NCBI GenBank assembly: GCA_964016885.1
Contig: OZ024743.1
Coordinates: forward strand, 130,200,001-130,264,000
DNA: 64,000 nucleotides
Direction of reading: 5' to 3'
Source: Eledone cirrhosa
Taxonomy: Eukaryota
Part shown: piece by piece, positions 10,700-26,700 of the stretch
How positions within the stretch are numbered: the stretch's first letter is position 1
How the letters are laid out: every line of letters starts with the position of its first letter
Position numbers and translations under genes: made by a program
The notes under the pieces: generated by a model
The model's input: only the letters and a program-made list of their open reading frames with translations
Databases searched by the model: none
Told to the model about the DNA's origin: nothing

Positions 10700-13600
10700 C
10701 ACCAAGCACCAAGCACCAAACACCAAACACCAAGCACCAAGCACCAAACACCAAACACCAAGCACCAAGCACCAAACACCAAGCACCAAGCACTAAACAC
10801 CAAACACCAAGCACCAAGCACCAAGCACCAAACACCAAGCACCAAACACCAAGCACCAAACACCAAGCACCAAGCACCAAGCACCAAGCACCAAACACCA
10901 AGCACCAAGCACCAAACACCAACCAGCAAACACCAAACACCAAACACCAAACAGCAAACACCAAACACCAAACACCAAATAGCAAACGCCAAAAAGCAAA
11001 CGCCAAGCCCCAAACGCCAAACAGCAAACGCCAAGCACCAAACACCAAACACCAAGCGCCAAGCACCAAACACCAAACACCAAGCACCAAGCACCAAACA
11101 CCAAACACCAAGCACCAAGCACCAAAGAGCAAACACCAAGCCCCAAGCACCAAACACCCAACACCAAACACCAAACATCAAACACCAATCACGAATCACC
11201 AAACAGCAAACAGAAAACACCAAACACCAAACACCAAACACCAAGCACCAAGCACCAAACACCAAACACCAAGCACCAAGCACCAAACACCAAACACCAA
11301 GCACCAAGCACTAAACACCAAACACCAAGCAGCAAGCACCAAGCACCAAACACCAAGCACCAAGCACCAGGCACCAAACACCAAGCACCAAGCACCAGAC
11401 ACCAAAAACCAAGCACCAAACAACAAGCACCAAACACCAAGCACCAAGCACCAAGCACCAGATACCAAGCACCAAGCACCAAGCACCAAACACCAAACAC
11501 CAAGCACCAAGTACCACGCACCAAACACCAAACACCAAGCACCAAACACCAAGCACCAAACACCAAGCACCAAGCACCAAAACACCAAAAACCAAGCACC
11601 AAGCACTAAACACCAAGCACCAAGCACCAAGCATCAAGCACCAAGCACCAAGCACCAAGCACCAAACACCAAGCACCAAGAAGCAGGCACCAAGCACCAA
11701 ACACCAAGCATCAAGCACCAAACAGCAAACATCAAGCACCAAACACCAAACACCAAGTACCAAGCACCAAACACCAAACACCAAGGACCAAACAGCAAAC
11801 ACCAAACAGCAAACACCAAACACCAAACACCAACCAGCAAACACCAAACACCAAACACCAAACCACAAACACCAAACAGCAAACACCAAACAGCAAAGAC
11901 CAAACACCAAACACCAAACAGCAAACGCCAAAAAGCAAACGCCAAACCCCAAACGCCAAACAGCAAATGCCAAACCCCAAATGCCAATCAGCAAACGCCA
12001 AGCACCAAACACCAAACACCTAGCACCAAGCACCAAACCCCAAACACCAAACACCAAGTACAAAACACCAACCACCAAGCACCAAACACCAAACAGCAAA
12101 CGCCAAAAAGCAAATGCCAAACCCCATACGCCAAACAGGAAATGCCAAACCCCAAACGCCAAACAGCAAACGCCAAGCACCAAACACCAAACACCAAGTG
12201 CCAAGCACCAAACACCAAACACCAAGCACCAAGCGCCAAACACCAAACACCAAACTCCTAGCACCAAGCACCAAGCACCAAACACCAAGCACCAAACACC
12301 AAGCACCAAGCACAAAGCACCAAGCACCAAACACCAATCACCAAGCCCCAAGCACCAAACACCAAACACCAAGCACCAAGCACCAAGCACCAAGCACCAG
12401 ACACCAAACACCAAGCACGAAGCACCAAACACCAAAAACCAATCTCCAAGCCCCAAGTACCAAACACCAAGCACCAAACACCAAACAGCAAACACTAAAC
12501 AACAAACTCCAAACAGCAAACACCAAACACCAAATATCAAACACCAAACAGCAAACACCAAACAGCAAACAGCAAACACCAAACACCAACCAGCAAACAC
12601 CAAACAGCAAACACCAAACAGCAAACGCCAAACAGCAAACACAAACACCAAACACCAAACACCAAGCACCAAGCACCAAGCACAAAACACCAAGCACCAA
12701 GCGCCAAACACCAAACACCAAGCACCAAGCACCAAGCACCAAGCACCAAACACCAAACACCAAACACCAAACAGCAAACACCAATCACCAAACACCAAAC
12801 ACGAAACACCAAACAGCAAACACCAAACACCAAACACCAAACACCAAACAGCAAACACCAAACACCAAACACCAAACAGCAAACACCAAACAGCAAACAC
12901 CAAACAGCAAACACCAAACAGCAAACACCAAACAGCAAACAGCAAACAGCAAACAGCAAACACCAAACACCAAGCACCAAACACCAAGCACCAAGCAACA
13001 AGCGCCAATCAGCAAGCACCAAGCACTAAACACCAAACACCAAGCACCAAGCACCAAACACCAAGCATGAAGCACCAAGCACCAAACGCCAAGCACCAAG
13101 CACCAAACACCAAGCACCAAGCACCAAGCACCAGACACCAAGCACCAAAGACCAAGCACCAAATACCAAGCACCAAGCCCTAAACACCAATCACCAAGCC
13201 CCAAGCACCAAACACCAAGAACCAAGCACCAAAACACCAAAAACCAAGCACCAAGCACTAAACACCAAGCACCAAGCACCAAGCATCAAGCACCAAGCAC
13301 CAAGCACCAAGCACCAAACACGAAGCACCAAGCACCAGGCACCAAACAGCAAACACCAAGCACCAAACACCAAGCACCAAGCACCAAACACCAAACACCA
13401 AGCACCAAGCACCAAACACCAAACACCAAGCACCAAACAGCAAACACCAAACAGCAAACACCAAACACCAAACACCAACCAGCAAACACCAAACACCAAA
13501 CACCAAACCACAAACACCAAACAGCAAACACCAAACAGCAAACACCAAACACCAATCACCAAGCACCAAACACCAAGCACCAAGCACCAAGCACCCAGAA

Positions 13601-16600
13601 CCAAGCACCAAGCACCAAAGACCAAACACCAAGCACCAAGCACCAAACACCAAACACCTAGCACCAAGCACCAAGCACCAAGCACCAAACACCATGCACC
13701 AAGCACGAAGCACCAAACACCAAGAACCAAGCACCAAAACACCAAAAACCAAGAACCAAGCACCAAAACACCAAACACCAAGCACCAAGCACCAAACACC
13801 AAACACCAAGCACCAAACAGCAAGCATCAAGCACCAAGCACCAAGCACCAAGCACCAAACACCAATCATCAAGCACCAAACAGCAAACACCAAGCACCAA
13901 ACACCAAACACCAAGCACCAAGCACCAAACACCAAACACCAAGCACCAAGCACCAAACACCAAACACCAAGCACCAAACAGCAAACACCAAACAGCAAAC
14001 ACCAAACACCAAACACCAACCAGCAAACACCAAACACCAAACACCAAACCACAAACACCAAACAGCAAACACCAAACAGCAAACACCAAACACCAATCAC
14101 CAAGCCCCAAGCACCAAACACCAAGCACCAAGCACCAAGCACCCAGAACCAAGCACCAAGCACCAAAGACCAAACACCAAGCACCAAGCACCAAACACCA
14201 AACACCAAGCACCAAGCACCAAGCACCAAACACCATGCACCAAGCACGAAGCACCAAACACCAAACACCAAGCACCAAGCACCAAACACCAAACACCAAG
14301 CACCAAGCACCAAACACCAAACACCAAGCACCAAGCACCAAACACCAAGCACCAAGCACTAAACACCAAACACCAAGCACCAAGCACCAAGCACCAAACA
14401 CCAAGCACCAAACACCAAGCACCAAACACCAAGCACCAAGCACCAAGCACCAAGCACCAAACACCAAGCACCAAGCACCAAACACCAACCAGCAAACACC
14501 AAACACCAAACACCAAACAGCAAACACCAAACACCAAACACCAAATAGCAAACGCCAAAAAGCAAACGCCAAGCCCCAAACGCCAAACAGCAAACGCCAA
14601 GCACCAAACACCAAACACCAAGCGCCAAGCACCAAACACCAAACACCAAGCACCAAGCACCAAACACCAAACACCAAGCACCAAGCACCAAAGAGCAAAC
14701 ACCAAGCCCCAAGCACCAAACACCCAACACCAAACACCAAACATCAAACACCAATCACGAATCACCAAACAGCAAACAGAAAACACCAAACACCAAACAC
14801 CAAACACCAAGCACCAAGCACCAAACACCAAACACCAAGCACCAAGCACCAAACACCAAACACCAAGCACCAAGCACTAAACACCAAACACCAAGCAGCA
14901 AGCACCAAGCACCAAACACCAAGCACCAAGCACCAGGCACCAAACACCAAGCACCAAGCACCAGACACCAAAAACCAAGCACCAAACAACAAGCACCAAA
15001 CACCAAGCACCAAGCACCAAGCACCAGATACCAAGCACCAAGCACCAAGCACCAAACACCAAACACCAAGCACCAAGTACCACGCACCAAACACCAAACA
15101 CCAAGCACCAAACACCAAGCACCAAACACCAAGCACCAAGCACCAAAACACCAAAAACCAAGCACCAAGCACTAAACACCAAGCACCAAGCACCAAGCAT
15201 CAAGCACCAAGCACCAAGCACCAAGCACCAAACACCAAGCACCAAGAAGCAGGCACCAAGCACCAAACACCAAGCATCAAGCACCAAACAGCAAACATCA
15301 AGCACCAAACACCAAACACCAAGTACCAAGCACCAAACACCAAACACCAAGGACCAAACAGCAAACACCAAACAGCAAACACCAAACACCAAACACCAAC
15401 CAGCAAACACCAAACACCAAACACCAAACCACAAACACCAAACAGCAAACACCAAACAGCAAAGACCAAACACCAAACACCAAACAGCAAACGCCAAAAA
15501 GCAAACGCCAAACCCCAAACGCCAAACAGCAAATGCCAAACCCCAAATGCCAATCAGCAAACGCCAAGCACCAAACACCAAACACCTAGCACCAAGCACC
15601 AAACCCCAAACACCAAACACCAAGTACAAAACACCAACCACCAAGCACCAAACACCAAACAGCAAACGCCAAAAAGCAAATGCCAAACCCCATACGCCAA
15701 ACAGGAAATGCCAAACCCCAAACGCCAAACAGCAAACGCCAAGCACCAAACACCAAACACCAAGTGCCAAGCACCAAACACCAAACACCAAGCACCAAGC
15801 ACCAAACACCAAACACCAAGCAGCAATCACCAAACACCAAGCACCAAGCGCCAAACACCAAACACCAAACTCCTAGCACCAAGCACCAAGCACCAAACAC
15901 CAAGCACCAAACACCAAGCACCAAGCACAAAGCACCAAGCACCAAACACCAATCACCAAGCCCCAAGCACCAAACACCAAACACCAAGCACCAAGCACCA
16001 AGCACCAAGCACCAGACACCAAACACCAAGCACGAAGCACCAAACACCAAAAACCAATCACCAAGCCCCAAGTACCAAACACCAAGCACCAAACACCAAA
16101 CAGCAAACACTAAACAACAAACTCCAAACAGCAAACACCAAACACCAAATATCAAACACCAAACAGCAAACACCAAACAGCAAACAGCAAACACCAAACA
16201 CCAACCAGCAAACACCAAACAGCAAACACCAAACAGCAAACGCCAAACAGCAAACACAAACACCAAACACCAAACACCAAGCACCAAGCACCAAGCACAA
16301 AACACCAAGCACCAAGCGCCAAACACCAAACACCAAGCACCAAGCACCAAGCACCAAGCACCAAACACCAAACACCAAACACCAAACAGCAAACACCAAT
16401 CACCAAACACCAAACACGAAACACCAAACAGCAAACACCAAACACCAAACACCAAACACCAAACAGCAAACACCAAACACCAAACACCAAACAGCAAACA
16501 CCAAACAGCAAACACCAAACAGCAAACACCAAACAGCAAACACCAAACAGCAAACAGCAAACAGCAAACAGCAAACACCAAACACCAAGCACCAAACACC

Positions 16601-17890
16601 AAGCACCAAGCAACAAGCGCCAATCAGCAAGCACCAAGCACTAAACACCAAACACCAAGCACCAAGCACCAAACACCAAGCATGAAGCACCAAGCACCAA
16701 ACGCCAAGCACCAAGCACCAAACACCAAGCACCAAGCACCAAGCACCAGACACCAAGCACCAAAGACCAAGCACCAAATACCAAGCACCAAGCCCTAAAC
16801 ACCAATCACCAAGCCCCAAGCACCAAACACCAAGAACCAAGCACCAAAACACCAAAAACCAAGCACCAAGCACTAAACACCAAGCACCAAGCACCAAGCA
16901 TCAAGCACCAAGCACCAAGCACCAAGCACCAAACACGAAGCACCAAGCACCAGGCACCAAACAGCAAACACCAAGCACCAAACACCAAGCACCAAGCACC
17001 AAACACCAAACACCAAGCACCAAGCACCAAACACCAAACACCAAGCACCAAACAGCAAACACCAAACAGCAAACACCAAACACCAAACACCAACCAGCAA
17101 ACACCAAACACCAAACACCAAACCACAAACACCAAACAGCAAACACCAAACAGCAAACACCAAACACCAATCACCAAGCCCCAAGCACCAAACACCAAGC
17201 ACCAAGCACCAAGCACCCAGAACCAAGCACCAAGCACCAAAGACCAAACACCAAGCACCAAGCACCAAACACCAAACACCTAGCACCAAGCACCAAGCAC
17301 CAAGCACCAAACACCATGCACAAAGCACGAAGCACCAAACACCAAGAACCAAGCACCAAAACACCAAAAACCAAGAACCAAGCACCAAAACACCAAACAC
17401 CAAGCACCAAGCACCAAACACCAAACACCAAGCACCAAACAGCAAGCATCAAGCACCAAGCACCAAGCACCAAGCACCAAACACCAATCATCAAGCACCA
17501 AACAGCAAACACCAAGCACCAAACACCAAACACCAAGCACCAAGCACCAAACACCAAACACCAAGCACCAAGCACCAAACACCAAACACCAAGCACCAAA
17601 CAGCAAACACCAAACAGCAAACACCAAACACCAAACACCAACCAGCAAACACCAAACACCAAACACCAAACCACAAACACCAAACAGCAAACACCAAACA
17701 GCAAACACCAAACACCAATCACCAAGCCCCAAGCACCAAACACCAAGCACCAAGCACCAAGCACCCAGAACCAAGCACCAAGCACCAAAGACCAAACACC
17801 AAGCACCAAGCACCAAACACCAAACACCAAGCACCAAGCACCAAGCACCAAACACCATGCACCAAGCACGAAGCACCAAACACCAAGAAC
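10700..17890 (-). repeat. Two near-identical tandem copies of a HOR of about 3.57-3.62 kb
   Basis: Marker and ORF-end offsets: 10789/14355, 11188/14754 and 11987/15553 (3566); 13008/16623 and 13282/16897 (3615); 14096/17718 (3622). Confidence 0.92.
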
Positions 17891-18600
17891 CAAGCACCAA
17901 AACACCAAAAACCAAGAACCAAGCACCAAAACACCAAAAATCAAGCACCAAGCACTAAACACCAAGCACCAAACACCAAACAGCAAACACCAAACAGCAA
18001 ACACCAAACACCAAACACCAACCAGCAAACACCAAACAGCAAACCACAAACACCAAACAGCAAACACCAAACAGCAAACACCAAACACCAATCACCAAGC
18101 CCCAAGCACCAAACACCAAGCACCAAGCACCAAGCACCCAGAACCAAGCACCAAGCACCAAAGACCAAACACCAAGCACCAAGCACCAAACACCAAACAC
18201 CAAGCACCAAGCACCAAGCACCAAGCATCAAGCACCAAGCACCAAGCACCAAGCACCAAACACCAATCATCAAGCACCAAACAGCAAACACCAAGCACCA
18301 AACACCAAACACCAAGCACCAAGCACCAAACACCAAACACCAAACACCAAACAGCAAACACCAAACAGCAAACACCAAACACCAAACACCAACCAGCAAA
18401 CACCAAACAGCAAACCACAAACACCAAACAGCAAACACCAAACAGCAAACACCAAACACCAATCACCAAGCCCCAAGCACCAAACACCAAGCACCAAGCA
18501 CCAAGCACCCAGAACCAAGCACCAAGCACCAAAGACCAAACACCAAGCACCAAGCACCAAGCACCAAACACCATGCACCAAGCACGAAGCACCAAACACC
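13400..18600 (-). repeat. Nested sub-repeats of 541-548 bp and 371-373 bp (CACCCAGAACC / CCACAAA module)
   Basis: The same module is anchored at 13555, 14096, 17170, 17718, 18091 and 18462. Confidence 0.8.
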
Positions 18601-21600
18601 AAAAACCAATCACCAAGCACCAAAGAGCAAACACCAAGCCCCAAGCACCAAACACCAAACACCAAACACCAAACAGCAAACACTAAACACCAAACACCAA
18701 ACAGCAAACACCAAACACCAAATATCAAACACCAAACAGCAAACACCAAACAGCAAACAGCAAACACCAACCACCAACCAGCAAACACCAAACAGCAAAC
18801 ACCAAACAGCAAACGCCAAACAGCAAACACAAACACCAAACACCAAACACCAAGCACCAAGCACCAAGCACAAAATACCAAGCACCAAGCGCCAAACACC
18901 AAACACCAAGCACCAAGCGCCAAGCACCAAGCACCAAACACCAAACAGCAAACACCAAACAGCAAACAGCAAACAGCAAACACCAAACACCAAACACCAA
19001 GCACCAAACACCAAGCACCAAGCAACAAGCACCAATCAGTAAGCAGCAAGCACTAAACACCAAACACCAAGCACCAAGCACCATGCACCAAACACCAAGC
19101 ATGAAGCACCAAGCACCAAACGCCAAGCACCAAGCAACAAACACCAAGCACCAAGCACCAAGCACCAAGCACCAAACACCAAGCACCAAAGACCAAGCAC
19201 CAAATACCAAGCACCAAGCACCAAACACCAATCACCAAGCCCCAAGCACCAAACACCAAGAATTAAGCACCAATCACTAAACACCAAACACCAAGCACCA
19301 AGCACCAAACTCCAAACACCAAACACCAAGCACCAAGCACCAAATCCCAAGCACCAAACACCAAGCACCAAGCACCAAACACCAAACACCAAGCACCAAG
19401 CACCAGACACCAAGCACCAAGCACCAAGCACCAAGCACCAAAAACCAAGCACCAAGCTCCAAGCACCAAACACCAAGCACCAAACACAAAACACCAAGCA
19501 CCAAGCACCAAACACCAAGCACCAAGCGCCAAACACCAAACACCAAGAACAAAGTACCAAACACCAACCACCAACCACCAAGCACAAAACACCAAGCACC
19601 AAGCACCAATCACCAAACACCAAGCACCAAGCACCAAACACCAAACACCAAGCACCAAGCACCAAACACCAAACACCAAGCCCCAAGCACCAAACACCAA
19701 ATACCAAGCACCAAGCACCAAGCACCAAGCACCAAACACCAAGCACCAAGCACCAAGCACCAAACACCAAGCACCAAACACCAAACACCAAGCACCAAGC
19801 ACGAAACACCAAGCACCAAGCGCCAAACACCAAACACCAAGCACCAAGCACCAAATACCAAGCACCAAGCACAAAGAACCAAGCACCAAACACCAAACAG
19901 CAAACAGCAAACACCAAACACCAAACACCAAACAGCAAACAGCAAACACCAAACCGCAAACACCAAACAGCAAACACCAAACACCAAACACCAACCAGCA
20001 AACACCAAACACCAAACACCAAACAGCAAACGCCAAACATCAAACGCAAAACACCAAACGCCAAACAGCAAACGCCAAACACCAAACGCCAAACAGCAAG
20101 CACCAAGCACTAAACACCAAACACCAAGCACCAAACACCAAACACCAAGCACCAAACACCAAACACCAAGCACCAAGCACCAAACACCAAACACCAAGCA
20201 CCAAGCACCAAGCACCAAACACCAAGCACCAAGCACCAAGCACCAAACACCAAGCACCAAGCACCAAACACGAAGCACCAAACACCAAGCACCAAGCACC
20301 AAGCACCAAACACCAAGCACCAAAAAGCAAGCACCAAACACCAAGCACCAAGCACCAAAACACCAAAAACCAAGCACCAAGCACTAAACACCAAGCACCA
20401 AGCACCAAGCATCAAACACCAAGCACCAAGCACCAAGCACCAAACACCAAGCACCAAGCACCAGGCACCAAGCCCCAAACACCAAGCATCAAGCACCAAA
20501 CAGCAAACACCAAGCACCAAACACCAAGCATCAAGCACCAAGCACCAAGCACCAAGCACCAAACACCAAGCACCAAGCACCAGGCACCAAACACCAAACA
20601 CCAAGCACCAAGCACCAAACACCAAACACCAAGCACCAAGCACCAAACACCAAACCACAAACACCAAACAGCAAACACCAAACAGCAAACAGCAAACACC
20701 AAACACCAAACAGCAAACGCCAAAAAGCAAATGCCAAACCCCATACGCCAAACAGCAAATGCCAAACCCCAAACGCCAAACAGCAAACGCCAAGCACCAA
20801 ACACCAAACACCAAGCGCCAAGCACCAAACACCAAACACCAAGCACCAATCACCAAACACCAAGCACCAAGCGCCAAACACCAAACACCAAACTCCTAGC
20901 ACCAAGCACTAAGCACCAAACACCAAGCACCAAACACCAAGCACCAAGCACCAAGCACCAAGCACCAAACACCAATCACCAAGCCCCACGCACCAAACAC
21001 CAAGCACCAAGCACCAAGCACCCAGAACCAAGCAACAAACACCAAACACCAAGCACCAAGCACCAAACACCAAACACCAAGCACCAAGCAGCAAGCACCA
21101 AGCACCAAACACCATACACCAAGCACGAAGCACCAAACACCAAAAACCAATCACCAAGCACCAAAGAGCAAACACCAAGCCCCAAAGACCAAACACCAAA
21201 CACCAAACACCAAACAGCAAACACTAAACACCAAACTCCAAACAGCAAACACCAAACACCAAATATCAAACACCAACCAGCAAACACCAAACAGCAAACA
21301 GAAAACACCAAACACCAACCAGCAAACGCCAAACAGCAAACGCCAAGCGCCAAGCACCAAACACCAAACACCAAGCACCAAGCACCAAACACCAAACACC
21401 AAGCACCAATCACCAAACACCAAGCACCAATCGCCAAACACCAAACACCAAACTCCTAGCACCAAGCACCAAGCACCAAACACCAAGCACCAAACACCAA
21501 GCACCAAGCACCAAGCACCAAGCACCAAACACCAATCACCAAGCCCCAAGCACCAAATAACAAGCACCAAGCACCAAGCACCCAGAACCAAGCACCAAGC

Positions 21601-22129
21601 ACCAAGCTCCAAGCACCGAGCACCAAGCACCAAACACCAAACACCAAGCACCAAGCACCAAACACCAAGCACCAAGCGCCAAACACCAAACACCAAGAAC
21701 AAAGTACCAAACACCAAGCACCAACCACCAAGCACAAAACACCAAGCACCAAGCACCAAGCACCAAACACCAAGCACCAAGCACCAAGCACCAAACACCA
21801 AACACCAAGCGCCAAGCGCCAAACACCAAATACCAAGCACCAAGCACTAAACACCAAACAGCAAGCACCAAGCACCAAGCACCAAGCACCAAGCACCAAA
21901 CACCAAGTACCAAGCACCAAGCACCAAACACCAAACACCAAACACCAAGCACCAAGCACCAAACACCAAACACCAAGCACCAAGCACCAGACACCAAGCA
22001 CCAAGCACCAAGCACCAATCACGAAACACCAAGCACGAAGCACCAAACACCAAACACCAAGCACCAAGCACCAAACACCAAATACCAAGCACGAAGCACC
22101 AAGCACCAAGCACCAAATACCAAACACCA

Positions 22130-23760
22130 AGCAACAAGCACCAAACACCAAACACCAAACACCAGGCACCAAGCACCAAGCACCAAGCACCAAGCAAAAA
22201 ACACAAAGCACCAAGCACCAAGCACCAAACACCAAACACCAAACACCAGGCACCAAGCACCAAGCAGCAAGCACCAAGCACCAAGCACAAAGCACCAAAC
22301 ACCAAACACCAAGCACTAAGCACCAAACACCAAACACCAAGCACAAAGCACCAAAGAGCAAAAACAAAGCACCAAGCACCAAACACCAAACACCAAACAC
22401 CAAACACCAAACAGCAAACACCAAACAGCAAAAACCAAACAGCAAACAGCAAACACCAAACACCAAACACCAAGCACCAAGTACCAAGCACCAAACAACA
22501 ACACCAAGCACCAAGCACCAAACACCACGCACCAAGCACCAAACACCAAACACCAAGCTCCAAGCACCAAACACCAAACACCAAGCACCAAGCAGCAAAC
22601 ACCAATCACCAAGCACCAAGCACCAAACACCAAGCACCAAACACCAAGCACCAATCACCAAACACCAAACACCAAGAACCAAGCACCAAACACCAAACAC
22701 CAAGCACCTAGCACCAAACACCAAGCGCTAAACATAAAACACTAAGCACCAAGCACCAAGCACCAAGCACCAAACACCAAACATCAAACACCAATCACCA
22801 AACATCAAACAGCAAACACCAAACACCAAACACCAAACATCAAACAGCAAACAACAAACAACAAATGCCAAACATCAAACGCCAAACACCAAACACCAAA
22901 TAGCAAACACCAAACCGCAAACACCAAACACCAAACAGGAAACACCAAACACCAAACAGCGAACACCAAACAGCAAACACCAAACAGCAAGCACCAAGCA
23001 CCAAGCACCAAACACCAAGCACCAAGCACCAAACACCAAAAACCAAGCACCAAGCACTAAACACCAAGCACCAAGCACCGAGCACCAAACACCAAGTACC
23101 AAGCACCAATCACCAAACACCAAGCACCAAGCACCAAACACCAAACACCAAACACCAAGCACCAAGCACCAAACACCAAACACCAAGACCAAGCACCAAA
23201 CACCAAACACCAGGCACCAAGGACCAAGCACCAAGCACCAAGCCAAAAACACAAAGCACCAAGCACCAAGCACCAAACACCAAACACCAAACACCAGGCA
23301 CCAAGCACCAAGCAGCAAGCACCAAGCACCAAGCACAAAGCACCAAACACCAAACACCAAGCACTAAGCACCAAACACCAAACACCAAGCACAAAGCACC
23401 AAAGAGCAAAAACAAAGCACCAAGCACCAAACACCAAACACCAAACACCAAACACCAAACAGCAAACACCAAACAGCAAACACCAAACAGCAAACAGCAA
23501 ACACCAAACACCAAACACCAAGCACCAAGTACCAAGCATCAAACAACAACACCAAGCACCAAGCACCAAACACCAAGCACCAAGCACCAAACACCAAACA
23601 CCAAGCTCCAAGCACCAAACACCAAACACCAAGCACCAAGCAGCAAACACCAATCACCAAGCACCAAGCACCAAACACCAAGCACCAAACACCAAGCACC
23701 AATCACCAAACACCAAACACCAAGAACCAAGCACCAAACACAAAACACCAAGCACCAAGC
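22130..23760 (-). repeat. Duplicated block with a 1048-bp offset
   Basis: ORF-end pairs 22312/23360, 22605/23653 and 22654/23702. Shared markers GAGCAAAAACAAAGC and CAAACAACAACACC. Confidence 0.8.
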
Positions 23761-26700
23761 ACCAAACACCAAGCACCAAGCACCAAGCACCAAACACCAA
23801 ACACCAAACACCAAGCACCTAGCACCAAACACCAAGCACCAAGCACCAAGCAACAAACACCAAGCACCAAGCACCAAACACCAAGCACCAAGCACGAAAC
23901 ACAAAGCACCAAGCACCGAGCACCAAACACCAAGTACCAAGCACCAATCACCAAACACCAAGCACCAAGCACCAAACACCAAACACCAAACACCAAGCAC
24001 CAAGCACCAAACACCAAACACCAAGAACCAAGCACCAAACACCAAATACCAAGCACCAAGCACCAAACACCAAGCACCAAGCACCAAGCACAAAACACCA
24101 AGCACCAAGCGCTAAACATAAAACACTAAGCACCAAGCACCAAGCACCAAGCACCAAACACCAAACATCAAACACCAATCACCAAACATCAAACAGCAAA
24201 CACCAAACACCAAACACCAAACATCAAACACCAAACAGCAAACAACAAACAACAAATGCCAAACATCAAACGCCAAACACCAAACACCAAATAGCAAACA
24301 CCAAACCGCAAACACCAAACACCAAACAGGAAACACCAAACACCAAACAGCGAACAACAAACAGCAAACACCAAACACCAAGCACCAAGCACCAAGCACA
24401 AAAGACCAAGCACCAAGCGCCAAACACCAAACACCAAGCACCAAGCACCAAACACCAAGCACCAAACACCAAACACCAATCACCAACCGCCAAACACCAA
24501 ATACCAAGCACCAAGCACTAAACACCAAACACCAAGCACCAAGCACCAAGCATCAAGCACCAAGCACCAAACACCAAGCACCAAGCACCAAGCACCAAGC
24601 ACCAAACACAAAACACCAAGTACCAAGCACCAAGCACCAAACACCAAACACCAAACACCAAGCACCAAGCACCAAACACCAAACACCAAGCACCAAGCAC
24701 CAGACACCAAGCAGCAAGCACCAAGCACCAATCACCAAACACCAAGCACTAAGCACCAAATACCAAACACCAAGCTCCAAGCACCAAACACCAAACACCA
24801 AGCACCAAGCACCAAACCTCAATCACCAAGCACCAAGCACCAAACCCCAAGCACCAAACACCAAGCACCAATCACCAAACACCAAACACCAAGAACCAAG
24901 CACCAAACACAAAACACCAAGCACCAAGCACCAAACACCAAGCACCAAGCACCAAGCACCAAACACCAAGCACCAAGTACCAAACACCAAACACCAAGCA
25001 CCAAGCACCAAACACCAAACACCAAGCACCAAGCACCAAACACTAAACACCAGGCTCCAAGCACAAAACACCAAGCACCAAGCACCAAGCACCAAACACC
25101 AAACACCAAACACCAAGCGCCGAGCACCAAACACCAAGCACCAAGCACCAAGCAACAAACAACAAGCACCAAGCACCAAACACCAAGCACCAAGCACCAA
25201 GCACCAAATACCAAACACCAAGCACCAAGCACCAAGCACCAAGCACCAGACACGAAGCACCAAGCACCAAGCACCAAGCATCAAGCACCAAATACCAAAC
25301 ACCAAGCACCAAGCACCACACACCAAACACCAAGCACCAAGCACCAAACACCAAACACCAAACACCAGGCACCAAGCACCAATCACCAAGCACCAAGCCA
25401 AAAACACAATGCACCAAGCACCAAGCACCAAACACCAAACACCAAACACCAGGCACCAAGCACCAAGCAGCAAGCACCAAGCACCAAGCACCAAGCACCA
25501 AACACCAAACACCAAGCACCAAGCACCAAACACCAAACACCAAGCCCAAAGCACCAAAGAGCAAAAACAAAACACCAAGCACCAAACACCAAACACCAAG
25601 CACCAAACACCAAACACCAAGCACCAAGCACTAAACACCAAACACCAAGCAGCAAGCACCAAGCACCAAACACCAAGCACCAAGCACCAAGCACCAAACA
25701 CCAAGCACCAAGCACCAAACACCAAACACCAAGTGCCAAACACCAAGCACCAAACACCAAGCACCAAGCACCAAGCACCAGACACCAAGCACCAAGCACC
25801 AAGCACCAAACACCAAACACCAACCACCAAGTACCAAGCACCAAACACCAAGCACCAATCACCAAACACCAAGCACCAAGCACCAAGCACCAAACACCAA
25901 GCACCAAGCACTAAACACCAAGCAACAAGCACCAAGCATCAAGCACCAAGCACCAAGCACCAAGCACCAAACACCAAGCACCAAGCACCAAGCACCAAAC
26001 ACCAAGCACCAAGCACCAAACAGCAAATACCAAGCACCAAACACCAAACACCAAGCACCAAGCACCAAACACCAAACACCAAGCACCAAACACCAAGCAC
26101 CAAGTCCCAAGCACCCAACACCAAGCACCAAGCACCAAACACCAAGCACCAAGCACCAAGCACCATGCACCAAACACCAAGCACCAAGCACCAAATAGCA
26201 AACACCAAACAGCAAACACCAAACAGCAAACACCAAACAGCAAACACCAAACAGCAAACAGCAAACACCAAACACCAAACAGCAAACGCCAAAAAGCAAA
26301 CGCCAAACCCCAAACGCCAAACAGCAAATGCCAAACCCCAAATGCCAAACAGCAAACGCCAAGCACCAAACACCAAACACCTAGCACCAAGCACAAAACA
26401 CCAAACACCAAGCACCAAGCACCAAACACCAAACACAAAACACCAGGCACCAAGCACCAATAACCAAGCACCAAGCAAAAAACACAAATCACCAAGCACC
26501 AAGCACCAAACACCAAACACCAAACACCAGGCACCAAGCACCAAGCAGCAAGCACCAAGCACCAAGCACCAAGCACCAAACACCAAACACCAAGCACTAA
26601 GCACCAAACACCAAACACCAAGCACAAAGCACCAAAGAGCAAAAACAAAGCACCAAGCACCAAACACCAAACACCAAACACCAAACACAAAACAGCAAAC

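Noticed and set aside
1-18300. Fold-back sequencing or amplification chimera as the cause of the inversion
   Set aside because: The reverse complement of the left flank (GCAAACACCAAACACGAAACAGCAAACACCATACAG...) differs from the right flank (CACCCAACACCAAACACCAAACATCAAACAGCAATCACG...), and the HOR markers are arm-specific. An assembler mis-join is still not excluded without reads.
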